Assembly: GCA_963817895.1 (NCBI GenBank)
Contig: CAWFQB010000005.1
Coordinates: 608,001 to 672,000, forward strand
From: an uncultured Chthonomonadaceae bacterium
GTDB lineage: Bacteria; Armatimonadota; Chthonomonadetes; Chthonomonadales; Chthonomonadaceae
Length of the DNA stretch: 64,000 nucleotides
Reading direction: 5' to 3'
The position numbers and the translations under genes are program-made. Each line of letters opens with the position of its first letter. The stretch's first letter is position 1. Below are positions 10,328 to 21,574 of the stretch, piece by piece. The notes under the pieces were generated by a model that was not told where the DNA came from, ran no database searches, and saw only the letters and a list, made by a program, of their open reading frames with translations.

Positions 10328-12566
10328 ATGCGTTCCATTGCCTTTGCTTTTATCGGCGGTTTAGGATTATTGGCAGCGGCTCATGCCCGCGTGTCGCCCG
10401 CCGAGGCTCCCGTGCGCCCGAATAAAGAGGAGCGCACCAGTTTTCAAACCCATGCGAAATGGGACCCGACCATTCAGATCGGTTCCGACGCGGCGATGTG
10501 TTACGGCATAGACGCCAGCATTGGGGAGCGAGTTGCGCAATGGAAGGCGCAGGGCTATATTCCGCAGGTGATGACGGGCGTGGCGTGGGGCGAGTATCAG
10601 GACTTTCTGTACGGGCGCTTTGACGGCGTAAACCATGTGGATGAGGCGCAAACGCAAAGCAACGGTGAAGTCATTGGACATGGCGGCGACGTGTACTACA
10701 TGTGTCCGAGCGAAAACTACGGCAAGTTTCTGTCCGTTGGCGTGAAGCGGGCCATTGATGCGGGAGCCGAGGCCGTTTATCTGGAAGAGCCGGAATTCTG
10801 GGTGCGGGCGGGGTATTCTGCCGGTTTCAAGCGCGAGTGGAAGGCGTACTATCACGAGGATTGGCAGCCGCCCCATGCCAGCCCGGACGCGCAGTTTCGC
10901 GCTTCGGAGTTGAAATATTATCTGTACCGCCGCGCCCTGAAGCAAATTTTCGATTTTGTTCACGATTACAACCGGCAAACGGGCAAGCATGTGCGCTGCT
11001 ACGTGCCGACTCACAGCCTGATAAACTACGCGCAGTGGAACATCGTCAGCCCCGAAAGCAGCCTGCTGCAAGTGGGCGCGGACGGTTTTATCGCGCAAGT
11101 CTGGACGGGAACCGCCCGAACGCCCAACATGTATCAGGGCAACCTGCGTTCGCGGACGTTTGAAACCGCGTTTCTGGAATACGGCGCGATGATGAACGTG
11201 GTGCGGGCAACGAAGGGGCGCATGTGGTTCCTCAACGACCCCATTGAAGACAATCCCGACCACAGCTGGACGGACTATCGAACGAATTGGGAGAGTACGC
11301 TCACGGCTTCCCTGCTCTGGCCGCAGGTGTCCGATTACGAAGTGATGCCCTGGCCGGAACGTATTTTCGGAGGCAAATACCCGACCGTCGAGCGTTCGCA
11401 GCGCAAGCCGGGGGAACCCGAAGTCCGCGTCGGCCTTCCTCCCGCGTATGGCACGGAGTTGATGGCGGTTCTCAACGCGCTCAACGACATGGATCAGAAA
11501 AAGGTTTCGTGGGATAGCGGCACGCGCGGCATCGGCGTCATCGTTTCCGATACCATGATGTTTCAGCGGGGCGGGCCGATCTCACTCCGATGAACACCTG
11601 AGTTCGTTTTATGGCCTCGTCCTGCCCCTCGTCAAGCACGGTATGCCCGTGGAACCCGTGCAATTGGAAAACGCCACCCTCCCCAACGCCCTTGCGCCCT
11701 ACAAAATCCTGCTTCTGACGTATGAGGGCATGAAGCCCATGACGCCGGATGTGCATACCGCAATCGCGAAATGGGTACGGGCGGGCGGCGTCCTGATTGT
11801 CGCGGATGATGAGCGCGACCCCTACAACAGTGTCCGTTCGTGGTGGAACACGGCCCCGATGCAGTACAAAACGCCCCTGCGCCATCTTTACGAAACGCTC
11901 GGCAAGCCGGACAAAACCACGACAAAACCATTAACCACGGGGAACACGGGGGACACGGGGAGTCAACGGGGGCAATCAGAGGAGGGGCGTTATGGGAAGG
12001 GGACGGTGTTTACGTATGCTGTCAGTCCTGCTACTCTTGCCGGTATGAATAACGGGGGAGATATTGTGCGGGCATGGGCGAAGCAAGCCTGTCAAACAGC
12101 GAAGCTGGCGTATCGCGAAACCAACTACCTTGTGCTGCGGCGCGGCCCCTACATCGTTGCGGCAGGTCTGGATAAATCGCTGGCGGACGCGCCCCACGAA
12201 CTGCGCGGGCGTTTCCTCGACCTGTTCGACGCCGATCTGCCCATCCGCAACAGCATTACCCTGACTCCCGGCAGCCGTCATCTGCTGGTTGACCTCGATG
12301 CCCTTCCCGGCAAAGGTTCGCAGGTACTCGCGGGAGCCTGCCGCATCACGGACGTTCGCGCAACGCAAACCAGCCTGCGCTTCCACGCCGTCGCCCCCGA
12401 CAAAATCAACGCGGCTGTCCGCGTCCGCCTGCCTCAACCCGCCAAAACCGTTACGATTGACAGTCAGCCGCTTCCCGCCGACGCGCAGCAATGGGACGCG
12501 AATACGCAAACCCTCCTCCTCCGCTTCCCCAACGCCGCGCAGGGCCACGACATTCAAATCCAATGA
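10328..12566 (+). CDS. Secreted glycoside-hydrolase-like protein, frameshift near 11580
   Basis: Signal peptide MRSIAFAFIGGLGLLAAAHA; TIM-barrel-like region YLEEPEFW; trimerisation-like region PYKILLLTYE; two long abutting ORFs. Confidence 0.6.
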
Positions 12567-12570
12567 CCGC

Positions 12571-12593
12571 TGTGTTATAATGAGAACAGGAGG
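12571..12593 (+). promoter_or_regulatory. Extended -10 promoter and RBS for the TA-like cluster
   Basis: TGT-TATAAT at 12573-12581; AGGAGG at 12588-12593. Confidence 0.55.
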
Positions 12594-12637
12594 CAAACGG
12601 CATGAACCTGATGGCAGACGAAGGTAAGGCAAAAGCG

Positions 12638-12886
12638 ATGGCAACAGCAACATGGAAACCGGAGTATACGACTCGCGCCCAACAAATATGGGAGAATTAT
12701 CAGCGGCAACATGACCTTTCCGACCGGCAGGGCAAAGTGGTCGCTATTGACCCGCAGAGTGAACGTGTCTGGATTGGCAATTCCGGGGTGGATGTCGCCC
12801 AACAGATGCAAGCCGAAGGAGTAGACGCGCCGGTATACCTGATTCGCGTGGGTTCGGACCAATTTTTACAGAAAGGACGCCGGTGA
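12638..12886 (+). CDS. Small DUF5678-like protein
   Basis: GKVVAIDPQSERVWIG...YLIRVG pattern typical of small proteins upstream of clan AA proteases; GTGA overlap with next gene; alternative start 12602. Confidence 0.6.
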   Translation: MATATWKPEYTTRAQQIWENYQRQHDLSDRQGKVVAIDPQSERVWIGNSGVDVAQQMQAEGVDAPVYLIRVGSDQFLQKGRR

Positions 12887-13237
12887 TTGACGGTATTGTA
12901 GATGAAAAAAGGGCTTCCTGTTGTCACCCTGTTAATTGCAGGGCAAGAGTGGAAAGCAACCATTGATACAGGCTTTAATGGTGATCTGGAGTTGCCGTAT
13001 GCGCTTGGCCCGCATGTGAATGCGCGGTTCTTTGGCCGGGGGCTGTCACATCTGGCAGGAGGGCAAAGCCTTGAGGAAGAACACTATCTCGTGGACTTTC
13101 CATTCGATGGCAGGGTCATTCGCGCCCTCGCTACATTTGTCACCGGTGGCGAAATTCTGATAGGAACGCATCTTCTGGCTGACTACCGCCTTCTAATTGA
13201 CTTCCCGGCTGCGGAAGTAAAGCTGGAGCGGGACTAA
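12883..13237 (+). CDS. Clan AA (retropepsin-like) aspartyl protease
   Basis: ATIDTGFNGDLELP catalytic motif and ILIGTHLL; likely GTG start (VIDGIVDEK) with a +1 error in the A-run at about 12905-12910. Confidence 0.85.
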
Positions 13238-13276
13238 CAATATACTCCTTGTGTTAAACGGAATGACGAGACAAAT

Positions 13277-13513
13277 ATGGATACCTCACTCATCCAATCG
13301 CATCCACAAATCATGATGGGGAAGCCCGTCATTGCGGGTACGCGCGTCACGGTTGAATCTATTTTGGAGAGATTAGGCGCGAACGAAACCCCTGAACAAA
13401 TCGTTGCCGCCAATCCGCGTCTCGCAATTGAGGCGGTTTTGGCTTCGGTCACATTCACCGCTCAAGCATTACGCGCCGATGTCATTTATCCTCTGGTTGA
13501 GCAAGCGGCATGA
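13277..13513 (+). CDS. DUF433 family antitoxin
   Basis: IQSHPQIMMGKPVIAGTRVTVESILERL is the DUF433 signature. Confidence 0.9.
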   Translation: MDTSLIQSHPQIMMGKPVIAGTRVTVESILERLGANETPEQIVAANPRLAIEAVLASVTFTAQALRADVIYPLVEQAA

Positions 13514-13584
13514 ACCTACTGGCAGATGAACAAAATCCGGCTACTGGCAAACATGAGGGGAGTTATGAAACAACCCGAGGATAA
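13510..13584 (+). pseudogene. Truncated DUF5615-type PIN toxin (first ~7 codons only)
   Basis: ATGA overlap with the DUF433 stop; reads MNLLADE, the usual start of DUF433-partner PIN toxins, then diverges and stops at codon 25. Confidence 0.6.
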
Positions 13585-14089
13585 TCCTTCATCCGTCATT
13601 AAGGCCATAAAGCGTCAACTCGCTACACAGGACGCGCATTTGCTTCCGCCGTTGCCAGAAGAAGAGGTGGAAGCCTTTGAGACACAGTTTCAAATTCGCC
13701 TGCCCGAATCGTACCGACGTTTTCTCTTAGAGATCGGGGACGCAGGCGATGGGCCACCCGACTACGGCCTTTTGCCTCTCGCTCGAACAGTACAGACCTA
13801 TGATGGTAAAATATTACATCCACAGAAACCATTTCCGTTGGCTGCCTACTGGGTATGGGAGGATGACGAGGAGGTAGACGAGCAGTTACTCGGTTCCGTT
13901 TTCGCGGATGGGCATCTTTATCTTGGCACGGACGGATGCGGGCAGGATTGGGTTCTAATTGTGAGTGGCGAGGAGCGTGGCAATATCTGGCAAATAGCAG
14001 GTGTTGGAGCGCAGCCATGCGTACCCCGCCGCGATTTTCTGAGTTGGTATCAGTATTGGTTACTTGGCGGGAAAATTGTTTTAATGTAG
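13565..14089 (+). CDS. SMI1/KNR4 (SUKH) family immunity protein
   Basis: PPLPEEEVEAFETQFQIRLPESYRRFLLEIGDAG.GP.YGL...GCGQDWVLIVSGEERGNIW. Confidence 0.9.
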   Translation: MKQPEDNPSSVIKAIKRQLATQDAHLLPPLPEEEVEAFETQFQIRLPESYRRFLLEIGDAGDGPPDYGLLPLARTVQTYDGKILHPQKPFPLAAYWVWEDDEEVDEQLLGSVFADGHLYLGTDGCGQDWVLIVSGEERGNIWQIAGVGAQPCVPRRDFLSWYQYWLLGGKIVLM

Positions 14090-14181
14090 GTGAAAACGGA
14101 GCGTAAAGCGGCTGCCTCTCCCTTCCGTATTTTGATGAAGTAAACGGTTTCGTGATATACTGTATGCGGAGGCAAGCAACA

Positions 14182-14370
14182 ATGAGTGAACTGACCCTTT
14201 CTCAATCCCTTTCCGAAACCGACGAGAACTATGAACAGGCAATAGAGGAGTGCTGGACGGAACTCCAAACCCTCCGTAAACAGATTGATGCCGACCAGGT
14301 TGAAATAGAGCGTCTTCAAGCCGAAACCAGCGTGATGCTCAAAGAGTTGAAAGCGATGGTAGGTGTCTGA
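14182..14370 (+). CDS. Small coiled-coil hypothetical protein
   Basis: GGAGG RBS; preceded by a TTGATG-18-TATACT promoter; stop overlaps the next start. Confidence 0.6.
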   Translation: MSELTLSQSLSETDENYEQAIEECWTELQTLRKQIDADQVEIERLQAETSVMLKELKAMVGV

Positions 14371-14708
14371 TGCCATCCGCTTTTGATTTTGCGAAACAAA
14401 CCGTATTTTTGGCGCGAGACGTTCAGCAGTGTAAGACAGACATCAAGACTCTGCAACAAGAAATACGAGACTTGACGGCAGTGGTTCAACATCTGGCCCA
14501 CACTGTTGAACGCAACGCGGACAAGGAGGGACATGAGCGTGAGAAGTTACTGCTTCGTCTGGAACTCCTGCTGCGTTCGGAACGAAGCCTTCTTCCTGCG
14601 CCTGCACCCGCAGAAAACGAGAAGGATGCTCAAATAGAAGCCTTACTGCGTGAAAATGAGGCGCTGAAAAAGCGTGTAGCAGAGTTCGAGCAACAGAACC
14701 AGAAGTAG
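14370..14708 (+). CDS. Coiled-coil hypothetical protein
   Basis: 112-aa heptad-rich ORF translationally coupled to the upstream gene. Confidence 0.65.
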   Translation: MPSAFDFAKQTVFLARDVQQCKTDIKTLQQEIRDLTAVVQHLAHTVERNADKEGHEREKLLLRLELLLRSERSLLPAPAPAENEKDAQIEALLRENEALKKRVAEFEQQNQK

Positions 14709-14800
14709 CAACGCTTTCGTGTGCCTTGCGCCGCTTTCAGCGATTTACAACGGCTATGGCGTAATGAAGAGAGGCTTCGTAATGGCGGGTTGGAGGTGGT

Positions 14801-15367
14801 ATGTGGCTGGTGGACATTACAGGCAGGAACGCTGAAGGCGCGGGACTGTGGCACTACGCTGCGCAGGAGGACGACGCTTTACTGGCCTGCGACATCCGCA
14901 ACCCGCGCTGGCACTTTCGATGGGACGGGCAGGAATGGCAGGAAGCGACTACCAGCGTACCCGGCATTGCCGTCAGGAAGTGGCACGACAGCGAGGCATT
15001 GCGGGAACTGAGCCGTTTGCCGCAACATCGTCGTTGCGTTCGCTGCTGGCGTACCATCGAAAAGGAAATCGCCCGCCGGGAACATGAGGCGTTGGTATCT
15101 TCCATGCTGGCGGCAGGCAAACCCGAAGTGACAGCGGACTGTCTTGTAACAATCCGCAATGTAGCCGACGGCGAGGAGATAGCCTGCTGCTTTCAGCCGT
15201 CTGCGGATTTGCCTGAAGAGGTCTGTGTGTGCAGTCCAACATCACCGTTGAGCGGAGCGCTGTTAGGGCGGTTCGTGGGCGAAGAGGTAGCCGTAATTTT
15301 GCCGCAAGGCCGAACGCTGTACGCCATCGTTCAAGCCGAACCGCTAAGAACATCGCGCATAGAATGA
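14801..15367 (+). CDS. Protein with C-terminal GreA/GreB-like domain
   Basis: SPTSPLSGALLGRFVGEEVAVILPQG matches the GreA/GreB C-terminal domain; GGAGG RBS; N-terminus is not Gre-like. Confidence 0.65.
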   Translation: MWLVDITGRNAEGAGLWHYAAQEDDALLACDIRNPRWHFRWDGQEWQEATTSVPGIAVRKWHDSEALRELSRLPQHRRCVRCWRTIEKEIARREHEALVSSMLAAGKPEVTADCLVTIRNVADGEEIACCFQPSADLPEEVCVCSPTSPLSGALLGRFVGEEVAVILPQGRTLYAIVQAEPLRTSRIE

Positions 15368-15596
15368 ACCGCGAAACACGCGAAACAAACGAAAAAAGGA
15401 AAAGACAAACCACGGATCAGAACAACAGAGGGGCAAGTCTTTCCCTTGTATAATCTTGTTCAATCCTGAAATTCCTGTTAATCCTGTCTATTTCCTCTTG
15501 TTCTCCTTTTGTCCTTTTTCGTTTATTTCGTGTGTTTCGCGGTTCCCCTTCCTCTTTTCTCTTGTCTTTCTTGGTGTTCTTGGCGTCTTGGTGGTT
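15367..15596. repeat. Composite of several 9-mer repeat elements between convergent genes
   Basis: AACCGCGAAACACGCGAAAC...TTTCGTGTGTTTCGCGGTT pair plus single arms AATCCTG.. and CTTGGTGTTCTTGGCGTCTTGGTGGTT. Confidence 0.8.
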
Positions 15597-15605
15597 CAAA
15601 CTCCC

Positions 15606-18600
15606 CTACGCCGTTTTCGTTTCCACTCGCGCCGTACCCGTCCGCTCGAATTTGTTCCAGCCGACCGCGCTTCCCCGCAACGCCGACCACAACGCTCGCA
15701 GGACGACGTAGTACATCAACTGCCGGTACACGAACCGCTGCCAGAACAGCCAGTACAGCAGGCGCAGGTTGCCCCGTTCCATGCGCAGGGCGATCAGCGC
15801 ACCCGTGAACTCCAGCGCGAACATGGCAAGGTAGAACTGCCCGAACTGCACCCAACTTCCCGTGAACAGCGACCAGACCATGGCGATGTCCATGAACGGC
15901 GAAATGGCCGGGAACAGAATTTGATATATCCACAGGGAGGGCAGGGCCAGCCAGCCGAACGCGCCGTGCTGTCCCAGCGCGGCCCGGTGCTTCCACAGGC
16001 ATTGCAGGGTTCCGAACGCCCACCGGAACCGCTGCTTCGCCAGATTCTTCAGCGATTCGGGCGCTTCCGTGTACGCCATCGCCGTGTTGTCGTTGACAAT
16101 GCGCCAGCCGGAACGCCGCAGTTTCCATGTCAGGTCGGTATCTTCGGCAAGCGTGTCGTGCGTGTAGCCGCCAACCGCGAGCACCGCGTTGCGCCGCATG
16201 GCCCCCACCGCGCCGGGTACAACCGTGATGCAGTTGAGCAGGTCGTAGCCTCGCCGGTCGAAGTTCTGGCTTGTGGTGTATTCAATCGCCTGCCAGCGCG
16301 TCCAGATGTTGGTGGTATTGCCCACGCGCACGTTGCCCGATACCGCGCCCACTTTCGGGTCGGCAAAATGCCGCGCCAATCGCCCGATGGTGTCCGCCGT
16401 GAACAGCGTGTCCGCGTCCAGCGACACCATGATGTCGCCCGTCGCGACCGTCAGCCCCTGATTTAAGCGCGGACGCTTTGCCGCCGTTGGGCTTGCGAAT
16501 CAGTTTCACCAGCGGATTATCGGCGAACAGGGTTTCCACCACTTCACTGGTGTTGTCCTTGCTGCCGTCGTCCACCACGATGATTTCCAGATTCGGGTAG
16601 CCGCTGTCCGAGCAGCGCCTGTATCGTGCGGGCAATCACCTTTCCCTCGTTATACGCCGCGATAATCACCGATACGGACGGCGTAAATCCGACCGGAAAC
16701 ACGCGCCTCTTTTCCCGCTGTCGCTGTATCAGGGCCAGCACCACAAACAGCAGCACGCGCGACATTCCCAAGACAATAGACAGCACGAACAGGGTAGTCA
16801 GCGTCGCTGAAACAGGTACGCCGCCTCAAATGTCACGCGGTCGCTGCCGGCAAGGTAAATGTCTTTGCCCGTGATCGTCGGCATCAGCTTTGCGCGGCGG
16901 AATGCCGCTTAATTGCGACACAGAAATGAACTTATAGCCTTCGCGCCCGCAACTTCTCAATAATTTGCGGCAAAGCGCGGCAACGGTATGGCTGCGGTCG
17001 CCGCCCGCGTCGTGCAGCAGAACGATGCTGCCCTGATCTTTTTCCGCCAGAACGCCGTTGACAATATCCTGCGGGGTTTTGGGCTGCAGTTAGTCCGGCG
17101 CTTCCGTACCCGGCTTGAACCAGTCAGCGCCCAATCCTGCGGGTCAATCTTCTGCCCGACCGTGATGTAGTTCATCTGCGCGGCCAGGTCGAGCGGGCGC
17201 ACTTCCTTGCCCGTCGTCGGCTCCACGTCGTTGCCATACGGCGGGCGCAACAGCGTCGTGGAATGTCCCGTCAATGCCTGAATCACGCGCTCGGTTGCCG
17301 TCAGTTCGTACCGCTGATGCGTAGGCGACAGTTCGGCCATGTCCCGGTGATCCCACGTATGGTTGCCGATCTCATGCCCCTCATCGTACATGCGGCGCAC
17401 CAGGTTCGGGTTCGCTTCCGCCTGCTTGCCGACGATGAAAGAACACGGCGGGCACGTGGTACCGCTTCAGAATGTCGAGAATCTGCGGCGTGTAGGTCGG
17501 GTCGGGGCCATCGTCGAACGTCAGCACGATCTGCTTGTTCGGGTTGCCCGTCTTGCCGCCGTACCGCCGCACGATATAGGAGGAGGGGATCAGCGGGCGG
17601 CTTGGTTGTCGGGTCAATCTTGTACGTTTCCGCCGTAATCAAGCCCGTTTTCGGGATCATGGGTCAGAGTCCGCTGGCCGCTCGTCGGCTCGCGCGACGG
17701 GTTGCAGCAGTTCGCCCTCGGCGGTAAAATCAATTTCGCCCGTTCCGCCATACGAGATGGTGTCCAGCGCGTTGCCCGCGACGATTTTCGCCCAGTCCGC
17801 CTTCCACGCATTCTTGTCGTAGTAGTTCCAGATGGTCGGGTCTTCCGCGCCCAGCATCCACAGCGCCGCGCCCCGAATGTCATGCGGGCGGGCAATCTGC
17901 AACTGATTGTAAACGCTCACCGCGTCCTGCATCCAGACAGTATGTTCCTGCATATGCGATTGGCCGTTCTGTGTCAAGCGTATCCTCGGAATAGGTAAAG
18001 GTCGGATTCAGACTGGCCGGGTCAAGCCGAATCAGGCCGTCCTGCCCCTTGCCGTCATACGATTCTTTTGCCGTGACTACTGCCGTCTGATAGCGCAGCG
18101 ACTCGGCTCCCGCCACGCCCTTTGTCCAGTCGTAGCCCTGCTGCCCCACCGCCATGACGATTTTTTGCGGGTCTACCTGTTTGAGCAGGTGATTCAGATG
18201 CGTCCGCGTCCAATCCACGCCCGCCACCGGCGCCCGGCCCGCTGCTGGCCTCATGCTCATCGTAGAACATGGGAACGAGCCAGTCGTTCCACTTTGCCAG
18301 TTGGGGAAGATCGAAGGCCTCGCTTTCCAACTGCACGTCCTGCGTGACCAGCAGGCCGGCGGGATGCAGCGCGGCGTACAATTCGCGCATGAACAGCGTC
18401 AGATTGTCCTGGTCCGCTTCGGCCACTTCCTCGAAATCAATGTTGACACCCTGCAGTTTGTTGGCAAGCAGCCAGTCGCGCAGGCTGCCGGCGAAATTGC
18501 GGCGGGCAGTCGGGTTCGGCCACAAGGGCGTGAACCGCGTCCGTGTCCCATTTGCCCTCGCCCTCCTCCTGATTTTTGGGCCGCGTGTAGTTGTTCAGCA

Positions 18601-19344
18601 GAACCACGATCGGCACGCCGTTGCTGTGCGCCAGATTGACGACATCGGTTTTGTCCTTCTCGTCCCGCGTATCCAGAAACGGCAGGTTCTTCGGGTCCGC
18701 GCTGACCGCATCCGCCCCGCCCTGCTTCAAGATGCAGCCATTCCGGGATGAAATGCGTCAGATGCGCCATATTGCGCTGCGCCGACGCCCACGACGTCTC
18801 TTCCCAATTCACATAAAACGCGGCGACGACAGGGTCAGAGGTATGAGCATGGATGATGGTGGATGGAGAAATTCTCGCCTCTTGTTCTCCTTCTTTTCCT
18901 TCTCTTTCTTTCCTTCCCGATTGCCAACGGTTTCTCCCTATCTGTCATGCCTGCGGCACTGAATACGGCCATTGCATGCAGGAACGCCTGGGCGCGGCGG
19001 GCGTTTTCTGCGGCTTTGCTGCTGTTCGCGGCGCGTGTAGGCTTCCAGTTTCTGGCGGTCACGGACAAATTTCTGCCCCAACTGCCGCCGCTGTAAGCGC
19101 GTCAGGGGAGGATTCGTCTGTATCAGTTTCGGGACGCATTTCAAAGTGTGACAGAATAGGGTCTTGATTGCCCAGATCGCGCACGGCGGTGGCGCGGGGC
19201 AGCGGATTGCGCGGCAACAGGGCAGGCGCAACAATGCTGACGACCAGAGTCACCGCCGCCATAATGCCACCAGCAGACTGACAACCAGCAAACCGCTTCA
19301 GCCGGGGCCAGCGCACGTTGCTGCTCATCGTAGAAAACAGGCAA
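15606..19344 (-). CDS. GH18-like + polysaccharide deacetylase + GT2 glycosyltransferase fusion, multiply frameshifted
   Basis: GVNIDFEE (GH18-like); LTFDDGP and HEIGNHTWDH (NodB); IIAAYNE, VVDDGSKD, DADT, TLAEDTDLT and QRFRW (GT2), consecutive on the minus strand. Confidence 0.85.
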
Positions 19345-19352
19345 AGTGGGAA

Positions 19353-19469
19353 GGGATGAAGGATGAAGGATGAAGGATGAATCTCACTTATCTCTTCACC
19401 TGCATTTTCTATCCTCCTTCTATTCCTGTTCTCTAAATTCATCCTTCATCCTTCATCCCTCATCCTTCA
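19353..19469. repeat. Heptamer tandem-repeat palindrome (GGATGAA)n...(TTCATCC)n
   Basis: Four units per arm; right arm overlaps the stop codon at 19467. Confidence 0.9.
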
Positions 19470-20389
19470 CTTACACGTCGCTTCCAAATGCTGTACCATT
19501 TCGCAGACGGTGACGAATTTGTATCCCTGCTGCCGCAGTTGCGCGACCAGGTCGGGTAACATCTGAAATGTTTGCTCCACGCCGTCGTGCAGCAAAATCG
19601 TGGCGCCGGGCCGAACATGCCTGAGCAATTTTTGCTCAATCACGTCCGCGCCCGGATTGGCGTAGTCGGCGGGATCGTCCGTCCATAAAATCGTACTCAT
19701 GCCCAATCGGTGCGCGATTTCCACCACTTCGCCGTTGCGCTGTCCGCCCGGCGGGCGGAAAAACAGCGGCTCCTTGCCCGCAGGCGCGGCGAATGGCGTC
19801 GTTGTCCAGTCGGATTTCGTTTTCCACCAGTCCGTAGGGCAGGGTTTTCAGGTTTACATGATGATACGTATGATTGGCGACCTCATGTTTCTCCGCCACC
19901 ATGCGCGCCAGAATTTCCGGCGCGGCATCCACTTTGCGCCCGACCACGAAAAACGTGGCCTGCACGTTCAATTGCTTGAGCAAGTCCAGCAGGCGTTCCG
20001 TAAACGGCGGATGCGGCCCATCGTCGAACGTCAGCGCGACTTCTTTGCGAGTTTTCGTCGCCGCGCACCAACTGCACGACGGAAAGCCCATGCTGTTTGT
20101 CGCCCGCAACGACATTGACCATCGCGAAGCCGCCCAATGCGTCCGGCTTGTCCCCCGGCGCGTGTTGTTCCCATGGAAACGGATGCTGCGCGTCGTTCGC
20201 GGGATACTCATGCGGCGTTTCCGCTTGCTTTCGGCAGCGCCTGTACCCGGATTATCGGCACATGCGTCTTGGAAGATTTTGCCGCGAATTTGTTCTGCGC
20301 GGCGACATGCGGAACGCCGCGCAAACCGCCAACAATATTGCCAGAGGAATCGCCTTTGTGGCAGCGTATTTCAGATGTGTTGTGTTCAC
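19467..20389 (-). CDS. Polysaccharide deacetylase (NodB family), frameshifted
   Basis: VALTFDDGPHP, HEVANHTYHH and ILLHDG motifs; hydrophobic N-terminus. Confidence 0.85.
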
Positions 20390-20687
20390 TTTTCTCCGTG
20401 AGTATCGCGCATGGCTCTTTACTTTGGGCGTAATTTCCGCTATACGCAATTTGCATAGGACGTTTCGCCCGAACCAATGGTATCATTATACTGCACGAAC
20501 GCGCTGGCGCGGCTGTGACAGTCAACCAAAATCAGACGAATTACCGGAATTATTGCAATACAAATTTAGTATCAGCGCATGAAGACTGTAAGCCTTAGAA
20601 GCAGGAATTCAGCGGCATGCGCTAGTCCAGGCTTTTTTGGAGAAGTTGAGGATAGCAGCACAATTTTCAGGAAGTATATACGCGGTC

Positions 20688-21517
20688 ATGTGGGGCCGAA
20701 GCGAATTACATACGCCTGCAGCGGCAATGCTCGCGAATTGCCGGCGCTGCTTTGCGCTGGCCGCTGCTCCGGCCGTACGGCGATGTTCCGGCAGAATCCG
20801 CCGCGATAGCTGTCGGGTCGACATTCACGATGCCGCCGCGCTTGCCGACCTGACAACCAAACTCACGGATTTACAGGCGACAATGCGCGATCCAAAAGAG
20901 CGACACGAAGGAACTGGAAAAGATCGGCGGCGACTTTTCCGCGCTCCTACCAGTTTCAGGGCATGCTGCGCACCGTCACGCTGGAATACAAGCAGCCGGA
21001 CAAACTGCCGACTTTCCGGCAAAAGGACTGCTCGGCAAAGCCTCCATCATGATGAACGGCCCCTGCGCCTTTCGCGCGTTCCGCTGCATGCCAAAAAAGG
21101 TGGAGGATTTGACGGACATCGCCCGGCAAACGGCAATCCCTTCTGGAATACGGCGGCCTGCTCGCGCCGGAAACGCTGACCTTCATGCAGGGCAAATTCG
21201 TGCGGCGAAGAGACGGTTGACGAGCAGCCGACTTCGGTTTTCGACCTGACGTACAAGGGCGCGACAGGCGGCTCGCATTACCGCGTCTGGTTCGACCCCA
21301 AAACGCGCCTGACTATGAAACGGGAATGGTACGGCATGGAAGGCAAGCTGAAAGCCACGTTCTATTACCAGAATCCGAAAGAGGTTGCCAGCGGCATCTG
21401 GCTGCCCACCAGGTGGAAGTGAAAAACGCGGAAGGCGTCAGCGCGGCCATCACCACCCTGGACGACGTGAAAGTCAATCAGGGGCTTTCCGACGACCTGT
21501 TCGCCATTCCACGCTGA
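20688..21517 (+). CDS. LolA-like outer-membrane lipoprotein-sorting protein, frameshifted
   Basis: Fragments YKQPDKLR, YRVWFDPKTRL, EVASGIWLP and VKVNQGLSDDLF; start approximate. Confidence 0.6.
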
Positions 21518-21574
21518 AAGCAAAGGATGAAGGATGAAGGATGAAGGGCAAAGATATGATATACGATCGAGCTC

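Noticed and set aside
12905..12910. Programmed frameshift in the A-run at the protease start
   Set aside because: Indistinguishable from the many homopolymer-type indels in this assembly
15456..16466. 336-aa plus-strand ORF
   Set aside because: Antisense to the GT2 domain and starts within repeat DNA
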